Virus record (IMG/VR): IMGVR_UViG_3300044977_000094
Location: 32,001-96,000 of that record
Strand: one strand, 5' to 3'
Origin: a virus
Length of the DNA: 64,000 bases
Part shown: piece after piece, positions 29,335-38,450 of the stretch
Layout: each line of letters starts with the position of its first letter
How positions within the stretch are numbered: the first letter of the stretch is position 1
Program-made: the position numbers and the translations under genes
Notes under the pieces: generated by a model
Database searches by the model: none
The model's input: only the letters and a program-made list of their open reading frames with translations
What the model was told of the DNA's origin: nothing

Positions 29335-29754
29335 TCAGGTCAGCCGGATGCGGTGCTCGGCGGCCCAGGCGCGCCGGTGCCGGTCGGTGCAGAACAGGTA
29401 GCGCCAGGTGCCGTCTTCGCCCGCGATCTCGTACTCGTGCCGGTACCGTCCGGGCCAGCGGCAGTCCCCGTGCGCGCAGTCGAGCGGCCGCACTCCGCGC
29501 CGGCCGCAGATCCATCGGTGCACGCCCCAGACCAGCCGGACCAGCGGACGCCAGGGCCGCGGCTCCCGTTCGGGTCGTGTCATGGTGACGGAGGGCCTGT
29601 CGTGGCCGGTGCCGCAGCCGGGGCAGATCTCCAGGACTCCGGCGACGGGTGCCTGGCGGTCCCCGATATGCAGGGTCACCCGCACCCGCGACGGCAACCG
29701 GCACACCGGACACCACTGGTGCAGCTCGGGCTCCCCGGCGACCACGCACTTCAC
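29335..29754 (-). CDS. Cys-rich hypothetical protein
   Basis: CPVC, CPGC, CAHGDC. Confidence 0.5.
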   Translation of the reverse strand: MKCVVAGEPELHQWCPVCRLPSRVRVTLHIGDRQAPVAGVLEICPGCGTGHDRPSVTMTRPEREPRPWRPLVRLVWGVHRWICGRRGVRPLDCAHGDCRWPGRYRHEYEIAGEDGTWRYLFCTDRHRRAWAAEHRIRLT

Positions 29755-29764
29755 GGAACCCCCA

Positions 29765-31045
29765 TCACGCGGCGAGCGGGATCCGGTTGAACCACAGGCC
29801 CTGCGACGACTTGACCGCGTAGCGGCCGCCGTCCAGGGAGTGGTCGTCGGCCTTGACCGGCTTGTCGACACCCAGAAGTGCCGCCCGGTCGTCCCAGGAG
29901 TAGCCGCCGATCTCGTCGATCCAGCCCTGGCAGCCCCGCGCCGCCTTCAGCCGCTTGCGGGCCAGGAGCGAGGACACCAGGCGGATGCCGTCGAGGACGC
30001 TGTTGTCAGCATCCGCGACCGGCCAGCCGTCCTGGAAGCACTGGACCTTGAGGGACGCCGCGGACGGGTCGACGAACAGGTGCTGCACGGTGGGGCCGCG
30101 CAGGTGCGTTCCCGGGAACCGCACGTTGTTGATCCAGTCGCGGAGCTTCCCGGACAACTCGACGTCGGTGAGCTGCCGGTGCCGCTGGCGTGAGTCCCAC
30201 CGGAACTCGTCCACGAGGAACAGGCACGGCTCCTGCCCGCTGTCGCCGCCACCACGGTTGCTCATGCCCAGCAGCAGCGCCGCGGTCGGCGCGGTCGTGC
30301 CGTAGTCCAGGCCGATGCCAAGCCAGGTGTGGATGGGCGGGACGAGGTCGACGACGTGGACCGACGGATCCCACATGTCGTAGATCGCGCCCTCGGCGGC
30401 GCACCACTCGCCGAGGACCCGGCGCCGGTACCACAGGCCGACGTTCTCGGCCTTGACGGAGGCCTTGTACTCCTCGTCGAGGGACGGGTTGTCGTCGAGG
30501 AGGAAGTGCCAGGAGGCCAGGTCGAGTTCGTGGCCGCGCAGCAGGTAGTTCTTGCGCAGCCAGTGCGCCGGGTTGTCGGGGTTGGTGGTCGCGAACAGCT
30601 TTGCGCCGGGTACCGACATGCGGCCCAGGAGCTGTGAGAAGAACTCCTCGGACACCAGCGTCGCCTCGTCGACGTAGGCGCCGGCTGCGGTGAGACCGCG
30701 CAGCCGGGTCTCGGCCCGGGTGTCGTTCGCGCCGATGACCCACACGCGCCGGCCCAGGATGGTGCCGGAGGGCGCGCCGGGGGTGTAGCGGGTCTGGGTG
30801 GCGAGGTCCCCGAACACGGCGTAATCCTGGAGCGGGGAGAACACGTTCCGCATCGCGGTCTGCGACGTCTTCGCCACCACGACCAGCTCACCGCGCGGCG
30901 CGTTCGCCACGTAGATCAGCCAGCGGAGCAGTGAGGAGATCGTCTTTCCGGAGCGGATCGCGCCCGTCCAGATGTTGATCCGCGCGTCGGCCTCGGCCAC
31001 CGATCTGATCTGCTTCGGCGACAGGGGCAGGGCGTTGAGCTGCAC
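29765..31045 (-). CDS. terL: terminase large subunit
   Basis: GAIRSGKT Walker A, YVDE Walker B, TTNP, LDYG, DPSA, DDHSLD. Confidence 0.95.
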   Translation of the reverse strand: MQLNALPLSPKQIRSVAEADARINIWTGAIRSGKTISSLLRWLIYVANAPRGELVVVAKTSQTAMRNVFSPLQDYAVFGDLATQTRYTPGAPSGTILGRRVWVIGANDTRAETRLRGLTAAGAYVDEATLVSEEFFSQLLGRMSVPGAKLFATTNPDNPAHWLRKNYLLRGHELDLASWHFLLDDNPSLDEEYKASVKAENVGLWYRRRVLGEWCAAEGAIYDMWDPSVHVVDLVPPIHTWLGIGLDYGTTAPTAALLLGMSNRGGGDSGQEPCLFLVDEFRWDSRQRHRQLTDVELSGKLRDWINNVRFPGTHLRGPTVQHLFVDPSAASLKVQCFQDGWPVADADNSVLDGIRLVSSLLARKRLKAARGCQGWIDEIGGYSWDDRAALLGVDKPVKADDHSLDGGRYAVKSSQGLWFNRIPLAA

Positions 31046-31060
31046 GGCCCCTCCCGGGGG

Positions 31061-31597
31061 CTATTCGGTGCTCGTCTCGGGGTCGGGCAGGCTCTCGGCC
31101 GCGACCTTGAGTGCCTCGCTGAGGCTGCCGAGCATGCTCTTTGCCGCGTCGGCGTTGTCGCTGGTGTCGTACTGCTCCAAGCGCACCGACTTGTCGAGCG
31201 CGATGCCGATGGCCGCGTAGGCGGCTCTCACGTCGGCGAGTGGTGGCAGCTTGAGGGACACGGTCTCGGCGCCGCGGGGGGTGCCGATGACGGATTCGTA
31301 GCGTGACCAGGCGCGGTCGCGGAGCTTCTGGGCGTCGGCGAGCAGGTCTTCCTTGAGTTTCTCGCGTGCGGCCCGGCAGTCGATGGAGCGGGCGGCGGTG
31401 GCGGCGGCTGTCTGACTGCGGTCGAAGGCGCCTTCCAGGCCTGCGGCCTTGGCGATATTACGGACCGTTCCCGGGGAGACGCCGTGCTTCTCGGCGATGG
31501 ACCGGAGTGAGGCTCCGGTCGTGGGGGCGGCCTTGATGGCGGCGAGGACGGCGGCGCGCTTCTGAGGCGGCAGTTGTCCGGTGGGCATGGCGCTCAC
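31061..31597 (-). CDS. terS: terminase small subunit (HTH)
   Basis: N-terminal HTH; adjacent to terL. Confidence 0.75.
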   Translation of the reverse strand: MSAMPTGQLPPQKRAAVLAAIKAAPTTGASLRSIAEKHGVSPGTVRNIAKAAGLEGAFDRSQTAAATAARSIDCRAAREKLKEDLLADAQKLRDRAWSRYESVIGTPRGAETVSLKLPPLADVRAAYAAIGIALDKSVRLEQYDTSDNADAAKSMLGSLSEALKVAAESLPDPETSTE

Positions 31598-31601
31598 CTC
31601 C

Positions 31602-34418
31602 CTATGAGAGTGCGGCCCAGAAGGCGTTGCTGGAGCCGGCGAGGGTGCCGTAGGTGCCGGGCATGGCGGTCGTCAGGCTGCCGGTGCTGGTGGCGTAGCG
31701 GCTGTTCGTGGCAGTCAGGCCGGTGTTGACGATGCTGAACCCGGAGACGGCCTTCGCGAAGGTCGGCAGCGTCGAGCCGTTCGCGAAGAAGGCGATGTAG
31801 TAGTCGCCTGCGGCGAGGTTGGTCTGCGTCGTGGTCAGCGCCATGACCTTGGTGCCGGTGCTGGTCCAGGCCGTGGACTGGTCTGCTGTGCCGGACAGCA
31901 GGGTGCCGCCGGAGGTGTAGAGCCCGGCGAAGCACTCGTTTGTGGTGAGGCTGACGCCGGTCACGGACTGGACGAACACGACGACGTTGGTGACGGTCGC
32001 CGCGGTGGGCAGGTGGACGCGGATCAGCTGGAGCTGGCCGGCGGTGGGGGCGGTGCCGGAGCTGTTGCAGGCGGTGGGCTTGTCGGACCAGGTCAGGTAG
32101 CCGTGGTCCGCGGGGGAGAAGTCGGCCCAGGGGTGGACATGGTCATAGGGGGCGGCGAGGGGCCCGGAGCCGGTGGCGGCGGGGGATGCGGGCCGCTTGG
32201 GCAGGTCGGTGGTGTCGATCGTGGCTTGGACTGTGCCGGTGGTGTTGGCCCAGCGGAGTACTTCGCCGACGGGCATGACGGGGATGCCGTGCGAGTTGAT
32301 CCCGGCCATGATCGACGCGAAGTCGGTGATGCTGATCTGAGTGTCGGCCGAGGGGGAGCTGACCACCTCATGGAACGCCAGGATGAGCCAACTGCCCGTG
32401 GCCTTGCACTGGTCGAGGTCGCCGCCGGTCTGGGTGATCAGGCTGGTCAGGTATTCCTGGCCGTCGCCGGTGTAGCTGGAGATGCTGGAGATCCTGCGCA
32501 CCCGCCACGCATCGGACGGGGGGTAGGTCTCCTTGGTCTTGTTGATCGTCGTCAGACCGAACCCGTACACCTGCTCCAGGATCAGCTCGGTGTTGACATT
32601 GTCCGTCGTCTGACCGTACTGCCCTTTCGGGTAGGCGACCAGGTCAGCGCCACGGAAGCCGTTCGCGACGGCGAACGCCTTCATGGAGGTGGCATCGGCC
32701 AGGAGCTGAGCGGCCGTGACGCCGGTGTACGTCTCACTGTGGACCGTGTCCGAGTAGGCGTGGCAGGCGATCTCCCAGCCGGAGTCCTTCTGGAGGTTCC
32801 GCAGGTCCGTCAGGGACAGGCGTCCGGTGGTGCCGATGAGGTCGGCGATCACGAAGCTGGTGGCGTTGTAGCCGTAGAGATCTAGGTATGGCTTGCCGGC
32901 GGTGAGGGCGTCTTCGTAGCAGTCGTCGAAGGTGATCGAGATGACGCCGTTCGGGAAGGTGGCCTGCCCGGACGCGACGAAGTCGACCATCTGGAGGTGC
33001 ACCGTGACCGCATTGGCGCTGCCGCCGCCGATGTCCGCGATCCGGAACCGCACCGCAGCCAGCCCAGTCGTGGCACCGCTGCCGATCTTCACGGCGGTGT
33101 GGAACGACAGGGACTGCGTAACCCAGTCGCCACTGGTGTAGTAGTTGGAGCCGGAGACTCCGGTCTGCATCGTCCAGTTCCACCCGTTGGTCCAGGTGGT
33201 GTCCGTGCACACGTCGATCTCGAAGGACGCCAGGTTGTTGATGTTCGTGACCTGCGCGGTCACCCGCGGGATCGCCGACGCCAGGCTGGCTGCGGTGATG
33301 CTGCCGTACACGTGGTAGGTGACCCCGTCGCCGGGAGTCGTCAGCGTTGCGCACTGGCTGCCCCGGGCGAAGACGCTGGTGTCGTTCGCGGTGTACGTGC
33401 CCGACCCGGAGACGTCCGAGACGAAGCCATGCCCGCTCTGGAACTCCGTGCCGATCGCCGTCGGCTGCACATACCGCGGCAGCCGCAGGGACGGCGGGTA
33501 CGGCACGCTGGTCGCCAGAGTCGCGATCGGCTGGTACAGCGACGCCGCTGACGCCTCGGCCGACGACAGGGCCGTCGCAGCCGCGCCCGCCGCGTCGTAG
33601 GCCGCGTTCGCTCGGCTGACCTCGGCGGTGATCTGCGTATTGGTGTAGGCCTCGGCGTTCGACTGCGCTGTCGCCGCTGCACCTGCGGCGTCGTAGGCGC
33701 TGTTCGCGCGGGACACCTCGGAGGCGATCTGCGCGGCCGTGTACGTCTCGGCGTTGCTCTGGGCGGTTGCGGCCGATCCGGCGGCGTCGAATGCGCTGCT
33801 GGCCTGAGTCGCCGCCGTACCTAGTCCGAGGTTGGTCCGGGCATTCGGCGCACTGGAGGCGCCGGTACCGCCCTGCGCCACCGGCAGCGGTGAGGCCAGG
33901 TGCGTGCCGGTGACCTGCGGGCCGGTTGCTGTGCCGCCGAGGTCCCCGTCGAGCTGGATGGCACCCTGGCTGCTGTTCGTCGCGGCGGGGATGGTGAAGC
34001 TGACGCTGCCGGTGAAGTCGTTGGTGCCCGTCCAGACGTTGTCGCCTGCGAGGGCCCCGAAGAGCGTGAGGTCGCCGGAGGGTGCGACGGGGCTGATGCT
34101 GGACAGGTCGACGGGGCTGTCGGCGCCGGGTAGCAGGATGCTGTAGGTGCGGCCGACCTGGGCGAGCTGGGTGCCGAGCTGTTCGACGACTTGGTAGGTC
34201 CAGCCGGTGGGGGAGACTCCGGCGGCGTCGGTCGCGAGGAGTTGGATGGTGAAGTCGCCGTTTCCGTCGAGCGTTGCCGTGACGGGGCCGCTCGGGATGA
34301 TGACGCTGTTGCTCGCGGACTGGAGTGTCACGCTGGGTGTGAAGGTGACGCTGCCGGTCTCGGGTTCCTCGTTGGCGGTCTCGTAGTGGCCGGTGAGGGT
34401 GACCATGGTCAGCGACAC
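31602..34418 (-). CDS. fibre-like protein with a NodB/CE4 polysaccharide deacetylase domain
   Basis: GAIQLDGDLGGTA and PVAQGGTGA..ARTNLGLG fibre motifs; ITFDD, WEIACHAYSDTVH, AYPKG, LAFH; GGAGG RBS. Confidence 0.8.
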   Translation of the reverse strand: MSLTMVTLTGHYETANEEPETGSVTFTPSVTLQSASNSVIIPSGPVTATLDGNGDFTIQLLATDAAGVSPTGWTYQVVEQLGTQLAQVGRTYSILLPGADSPVDLSSISPVAPSGDLTLFGALAGDNVWTGTNDFTGSVSFTIPAATNSSQGAIQLDGDLGGTATGPQVTGTHLASPLPVAQGGTGASSAPNARTNLGLGTAATQASSAFDAAGSAATAQSNAETYTAAQIASEVSRANSAYDAAGAAATAQSNAEAYTNTQITAEVSRANAAYDAAGAAATALSSAEASAASLYQPIATLATSVPYPPSLRLPRYVQPTAIGTEFQSGHGFVSDVSGSGTYTANDTSVFARGSQCATLTTPGDGVTYHVYGSITAASLASAIPRVTAQVTNINNLASFEIDVCTDTTWTNGWNWTMQTGVSGSNYYTSGDWVTQSLSFHTAVKIGSGATTGLAAVRFRIADIGGGSANAVTVHLQMVDFVASGQATFPNGVISITFDDCYEDALTAGKPYLDLYGYNATSFVIADLIGTTGRLSLTDLRNLQKDSGWEIACHAYSDTVHSETYTGVTAAQLLADATSMKAFAVANGFRGADLVAYPKGQYGQTTDNVNTELILEQVYGFGLTTINKTKETYPPSDAWRVRRISSISSYTGDGQEYLTSLITQTGGDLDQCKATGSWLILAFHEVVSSPSADTQISITDFASIMAGINSHGIPVMPVGEVLRWANTTGTVQATIDTTDLPKRPASPAATGSGPLAAPYDHVHPWADFSPADHGYLTWSDKPTACNSSGTAPTAGQLQLIRVHLPTAATVTNVVVFVQSVTGVSLTTNECFAGLYTSGGTLLSGTADQSTAWTSTGTKVMALTTTQTNLAAGDYYIAFFANGSTLPTFAKAVSGFSIVNTGLTATNSRYATSTGSLTTAMPGTYGTLAGSSNAFWAALS

Positions 34419-34593
34419 GGCGTCCCCTCCTTTGCGGCTGGAGGAGACGGGCTGGGCTACATCGGGTCGGGCAGGAACTCGGCGATCGGAGGATCCGCTG
34501 CGCAGGGTGCCGCGCGGTGGCGCCACCCCTTTTCGTCGAGCACTGCGGGCTGACCGCAGCGCGAGCAGCGTCCAGGCAGCGGCGGATCTTCGG

Positions 34594-34845
34594 TCAAGCG
34601 GACGCCTCCACAGGGGAGGCCGTGTTCACGCGCTCGATGCTGAGGACCGCGCTGGCTTGGACGGCGTAGACGTCCTTGTTGTTCGGGTCCTTGAAGGTGA
34701 TGAAGGCGTCGTCGCGCTTGAAGTAGGCGGCATCGATCCGCTTGCTCCGCGTCCAGGACCCAGGGTCACCGACAAGGGGCAGCAGCATGACCTCGAACGT
34801 CTTGAGCGTAGGGATCTTTGTGGTGGTAGTGGCAGAGGCGGACAT
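34594..34845 (-). CDS. hypothetical protein
   Basis: AGGAG RBS; codon bias. Confidence 0.6.
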   Translation of the reverse strand: MSASATTTTKIPTLKTFEVMLLPLVGDPGSWTRSKRIDAAYFKRDDAFITFKDPNNKDVYAVQASAVLSIERVNTASPVEASA

Positions 34846-34875
34846 GGTGGCTCTCCTGGTGGTTGTGGTGGTGGT

Positions 34876-35043
34876 TCAGTGCCTGGCGACTTCGCGGCCG
34901 TCGGCCACGTCGTCTCGCCCGGTCCCGCCGCAGTCGCATCGGTCGCCCCAGCCGTCGCGTACTCGGCAGCGGGTAGTGGGCCGGTGGGCGTGGCCGCAGT
35001 TCTCGCAGTACGCGGACGCGTCCGTGACGGGGATCCTCACCAC
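34876..35043 (-). CDS. small Cys/His protein (absent from the ORF track)
   Basis: CENCGHAH...C...CDC; GAGGTG RBS. Confidence 0.45.
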   Translation of the reverse strand: MVRIPVTDASAYCENCGHAHRPTTRCRVRDGWGDRCDCGGTGRDDVADGREVARH

Positions 35044-35061
35044 CTCACCTTGATCCGTGGC

Positions 35062-35409
35062 TTATTCCCCGACGGTCTGCCAGTCATCGGCGAGGAGGTC
35101 CGACTGCGATGCGACCCACGGGACGAAGTCGCCCTGGGCGGTCAGCATCATCAGGTACGGCCGGAACTTCCGGACGGTTCCCTCGGGGATGCCGGTGGCC
35201 TGGGCGGTGTTGGCGTTGATCGCAATGCCGTCCGGGTAGCCGGGCTGGTGCACGACGAACATGCCGTGCCCGTTCCAGCCGGCGCGGGTGACCCGGGAGC
35301 CGCTCTTGAGTGCGGTGAGCGCGGCGCCGAAGTCCATTGCCGCGGGCGCATGGGGCTGCGGCGCGGGTTCGACGTGGGGGCGGGGGCGGGAGTGCGCGTG
35401 GTGGGACAC
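35062..35409 (-). CDS. DUF2829 / Tad2-like protein
   Basis: MDFGAAL..LKSG.RV.RAGWNG.GMF...PWVASQSDLLADDW. Confidence 0.88.
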   Translation of the reverse strand: MSHHAHSRPRPHVEPAPQPHAPAAMDFGAALTALKSGSRVTRAGWNGHGMFVVHQPGYPDGIAINANTAQATGIPEGTVRKFRPYLMMLTAQGDFVPWVASQSDLLADDWQTVGE

Positions 35410-35558
35410 GAGGGCTCCATCGTGAGGGTGGGTGATGTCGATTGGTCTCGCGGCCCCGGCCGGGTGGGCAGGCGGGGGCCGCGAGATGCCCGCGACCCTC
35501 GACACGGGCGCGGGTACCCCGCCGTGGTCCGCACCCAGGACAGCGGGGAGAAGAGGGG

Positions 35559-35774
35559 TCAGGCGGCGAGCACGGCGGACTCGGCCCGCTTGGCAATCTC
35601 GGCCCTGACCTCGGGCTCGGCGTAGAGCGTCCCCTCGCTGCGCCGGCGACCGGGGAATCGCTGGATCTTGCCGCGTGTCGCCCACTGGCGGATCGCTGCC
35701 TCGCTCACACCCGCGAGGGCCGCCGCCTCGGCTCCGGTGATCAGCTCGTCCGGGTACACATTCAAGGGAATCAC
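35559..35774 (-). CDS. MerR/Xis-like HTH protein
   Basis: ITGAEAAALAGVSEAAIRQWATRGKI. Confidence 0.75.
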   Translation of the reverse strand: MIPLNVYPDELITGAEAAALAGVSEAAIRQWATRGKIQRFPGRRRSEGTLYAEPEVRAEIAKRAESAVLAA

Positions 35775-35794
35775 GCGATCCACCCCCGAACGCG

Positions 35795-35826
35795 AAAAAG
35801 CCCCCGCCGTGGTGACGGCGGGGGCT
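35795..35826 (-). terminator. intrinsic terminator
   Basis: AGCCCCCGCCGT-CACC-ACGGCGGGGGCT followed by TTTT. Confidence 0.75.
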
Positions 35827-35890
35827 CGAAGGCATACCTGTATCAGGTGATCGGATTGTGACACCAGAAGGATCACCCGCGCAAGTGGCC

Positions 35891-36559
35891 TCAGGCAGCG
35901 ACAGGACGAGTGGCCTCATACAGCGCCATCCACTCCTCGCGGCCCCACCGCTGGCCGCAGTCCGGACACTTCACCGACGCCCGGTTGATGTCCACCCGCA
36001 TCGGCGCTTCGCATTCGGTGCCGTCGTCGAACAGGTAGCGGCAGTGCACCGGGATCAGGCACGGCTGGGTGCCGTCGATGGTGTGCTTCGCCCGCCAGTA
36101 CAGGGTGCTGATCGTGTCGAGGTCGTCGGCGACGTCCTCGTAGCTCTCGCAGGCGGTGGCCAGGTTGATCGTGAGGTGGTTGACCACGTCGGCGAGGGTC
36201 TGCCGGAGGTCGCCGGCAAAGGTGGCGATGGTGCGGCCACGGGCCTTGCGCCAGGAGTCCTCGACGGCCTGGAGTTGGGTGACGATGCCGCCCTTGGCCC
36301 GCATGTCGAGGGGCTGGAGTGCCACGGGCAGCGGAGCCGTCTTCGGCTTGCCGACGCGCGCGCCACTGCCGGAGCGGCCGGGGGTGAGGAGTTCGCCCAG
36401 GGAGTCGTACTGCTTGGGGAGAGCGCGCAGGTGGGTGCGGGCGCGGCTCTCGCAGAGGAAGCAGGTGAAGCGGTTGAGCTCGGACTGGAACAGCTTCCGC
36501 TTGCAGTGGCAGCAGAGGAATTCGGGTTCCTGGTCGGCGTCGGCGGAGTGGACGGGCAT
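35891..36559 (-). CDS. Zn-finger protein, probable late-gene regulator
   Basis: CxxC pairs at both ends; position just before the packaging operon. Confidence 0.6.
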   Translation of the reverse strand: MPVHSADADQEPEFLCCHCKRKLFQSELNRFTCFLCESRARTHLRALPKQYDSLGELLTPGRSGSGARVGKPKTAPLPVALQPLDMRAKGGIVTQLQAVEDSWRKARGRTIATFAGDLRQTLADVVNHLTINLATACESYEDVADDLDTISTLYWRAKHTIDGTQPCLIPVHCRYLFDDGTECEAPMRVDINRASVKCPDCGQRWGREEWMALYEATRPVAA

Positions 36560-36677
36560 GGCGCAGCTCCCGTGGGTGCAGGAGTGACAGGGCTGTCGTC
36601 CAGTATGCGCCTGTGATCGTCGCAGTGCGTGACCGTCGGCTCCCGCGCCCATGGTGGGCACGGGGGCCGACTGGTCG

Positions 36678-38264
36678 TCAGCCCCGCTTCTCCCACGGCC
36701 ACGACGCATTGCGCCCGGCCTCCAGCAACGGCACCATGCGGAACGCGTGGTCGGTCAGGCCGCCGAAGGTGTGCCGGTTCCGGCTGCCGGACGGACCGTG
36801 GCCGACCCGGTAGCCAGCCAGGTTCCAGGTGTACACCGGCACGTTCGCTGGAACCGCGGTGTCCACCGTGTGCCCGGTGCGCGAGTACGCGGTCTGCTCG
36901 TCGGTCACCACGACGACGCGGTCGTGGCCGCGGTAGTTGTCGGCGATGGCCCGTGGGGTGTCCGTGCCATCGTCCATCCGGAACCGGCCCATCACGGTCA
37001 GGATCGCGTCGCCGCGCTGGAACTGCACCGGGTAGTGGCTCATGCCGTAGCCGACGAGGTCGGCCGACTCGGCGCGCAGTGCGAGCGCGGCCCCGAACAG
37101 CGCAGCCTTCTCCGCGAGGGCGATGTCGCTGTCGGTGCGGGTCGAGTAGACGTAGCCGGGGAACATCGACGGCGACTGGTCAATGCACACCAGTGTGCGG
37201 CCGGTCAGTGACGGCACGTTGGCCAGGGAGGATCGCAGACTCTTCTCCAGGGCGTGACCCCAGCGCAGGCTGGCCGTGTTCTTGTGCGCGGAGTAGAACC
37301 GGAACGGGAACTGCCGAGAGCGGGCGACCTCGGTCGGGTTGGCCAGCTTGGCGGCGACCTGCTCGGCAACCTCGTCGGACACTCCAGCCTGGTCGAAGTT
37401 CCGCAGGTTCCGCAGCAGCGCCATGTAGCCCATGGACGGGATCACCGCTTCCCAGGCCGCGGCGTCCATGGGGCCCTGGAGCCAGCCGGCCAGTGCCTCC
37501 CAGGTCATGCCCGCGTGCTGGAGCAGGTCCGGGTGCTCGCGCACTACCGTGCGGCGCTGGTCGACGGGGGTGGCCATGAGCTGTTCGCGGGCGACGATGG
37601 TGGACAGGCTGCCGGGCACGTCGGTGTCGCGTCCGTGTCGGCGGTCGATGGCGTGCTTGAACAGGTCGCCCTGCCAGCGCCGGCCGGTGGCGGGTGCGGC
37701 GTGGACGAGTTCGAGGACGTCACCGAAGCGGTAGCCCTTGGAGTCGGTGTCGTACTTGAGCAGCGCTCGCTCGCTGTAGAGGCGCTGGACGGCGTCGGCG
37801 ATTCCGCGCTTGACGGGCTTGGACAGGTTGCGGCCGTAGCGGCTGGTCCAGTAGGCGAGGAGTTCACCGGGCTCGTCGGGGCGCTGGAGAACGGAGTCGA
37901 TGACCTGGCGGGACTGGCCGTCGAGCTTGGCGTCGAGTCGGGCCTTGGCGAACTCGGCCGCGCCGACGAGGGATGCGGTGCGCATGTTGCCGTCGTCGCG
38001 CAGCCAGCCGAGGAGCCCGGCGGTCCACTCCGGGGCGGAGACGGCGAGCTCTCGGATGAGCTGGGTGTAGCGGTCGTCGCGCTGGCCGCCGGATTCGTAG
38101 AAGGTGTCCTGGCCGACGAGGTTGGAGACGGCGAGGAGGAACAGCTCGCTCTTCTCGTCGCGGAGGTAACCGGTCGCGCCCTCGAAGGTGCGCGTGGCGA
38201 CCCCGGTCGTGGTGACGGGGGACGTGCCGGCCGGGCGGACGTGGGGGGTGTTGAAGCGTGACAT
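36678..38264 (-). CDS. rsr: Ro60/TROVE-domain RNA-binding protein with vWA domain
   Basis: ELFLLAV..FYES, GNMRT, RPDEPGE, YMALLRNLRN, SRQFPFRF, DQSPSM (MIDAS), VVTDEQ. Confidence 0.95.
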   Translation of the reverse strand: MSRFNTPHVRPAGTSPVTTTGVATRTFEGATGYLRDEKSELFLLAVSNLVGQDTFYESGGQRDDRYTQLIRELAVSAPEWTAGLLGWLRDDGNMRTASLVGAAEFAKARLDAKLDGQSRQVIDSVLQRPDEPGELLAYWTSRYGRNLSKPVKRGIADAVQRLYSERALLKYDTDSKGYRFGDVLELVHAAPATGRRWQGDLFKHAIDRRHGRDTDVPGSLSTIVAREQLMATPVDQRRTVVREHPDLLQHAGMTWEALAGWLQGPMDAAAWEAVIPSMGYMALLRNLRNFDQAGVSDEVAEQVAAKLANPTEVARSRQFPFRFYSAHKNTASLRWGHALEKSLRSSLANVPSLTGRTLVCIDQSPSMFPGYVYSTRTDSDIALAEKAALFGAALALRAESADLVGYGMSHYPVQFQRGDAILTVMGRFRMDDGTDTPRAIADNYRGHDRVVVVTDEQTAYSRTGHTVDTAVPANVPVYTWNLAGYRVGHGPSGSRNRHTFGGLTDHAFRMVPLLEAGRNASWPWEKRG

Positions 38265-38265
38265 G

Positions 38266-38290
38266 AAAAAGCCCCTCGCTGTGGAGGGGA
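38266..38290 (-). terminator. terminator-like hairpin overlapping the rsr RBS
   Basis: CCCCTC-CACAGC-GAGGGG-CTTTTTC-ATG. Confidence 0.55.
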
Positions 38291-38301
38291 GGAGATGCAA
38301 T

Positions 38302-38441
38302 GGGGTGCCCGAGATCGGAGTCGGCGACGGCGTGATTGTCAATTGCGCTACCCATTGCGCCACCGGCAACCGTGAGGTGGCCGGGCGGGACTTGAACCCG
38401 CAACCCATTGAAGTATCCGTTGCCTTCGCACCGGGCACCCC
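38302..38441 (-). ncRNA. yrlA: YrlA-like Y RNA (permuted tRNA mimic)
   Basis: Terminal stem GGGGUGCCCG/CGGGCACCCC; T-arm GCGGG-UUCAAGU-CCCGC; closed acceptor-like stem; D-arm GCGC-AAUGGGUA-GCGC. Confidence 0.88.
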
Positions 38442-38450
38442 GATGCATAT

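Noticed and set aside
27111-29588. Long plus-strand ORFs opposite structural genes (also 15416-17038 and 21551-23218)
   Set aside because: Antisense shadows caused by high-GC codon bias; no recognisable motifs
33560-33800. Tandem DNA repeats or a DGR-like target
   Set aside because: In-frame protein repeats (AYDAAGAAATA); no reverse transcriptase in the window
38265-38438. N-terminal extension of TROVE given by the ORF track
   Set aside because: It overlaps a Y RNA and a hairpin; MSRFN at 38264 is the family-like start and has an RBS
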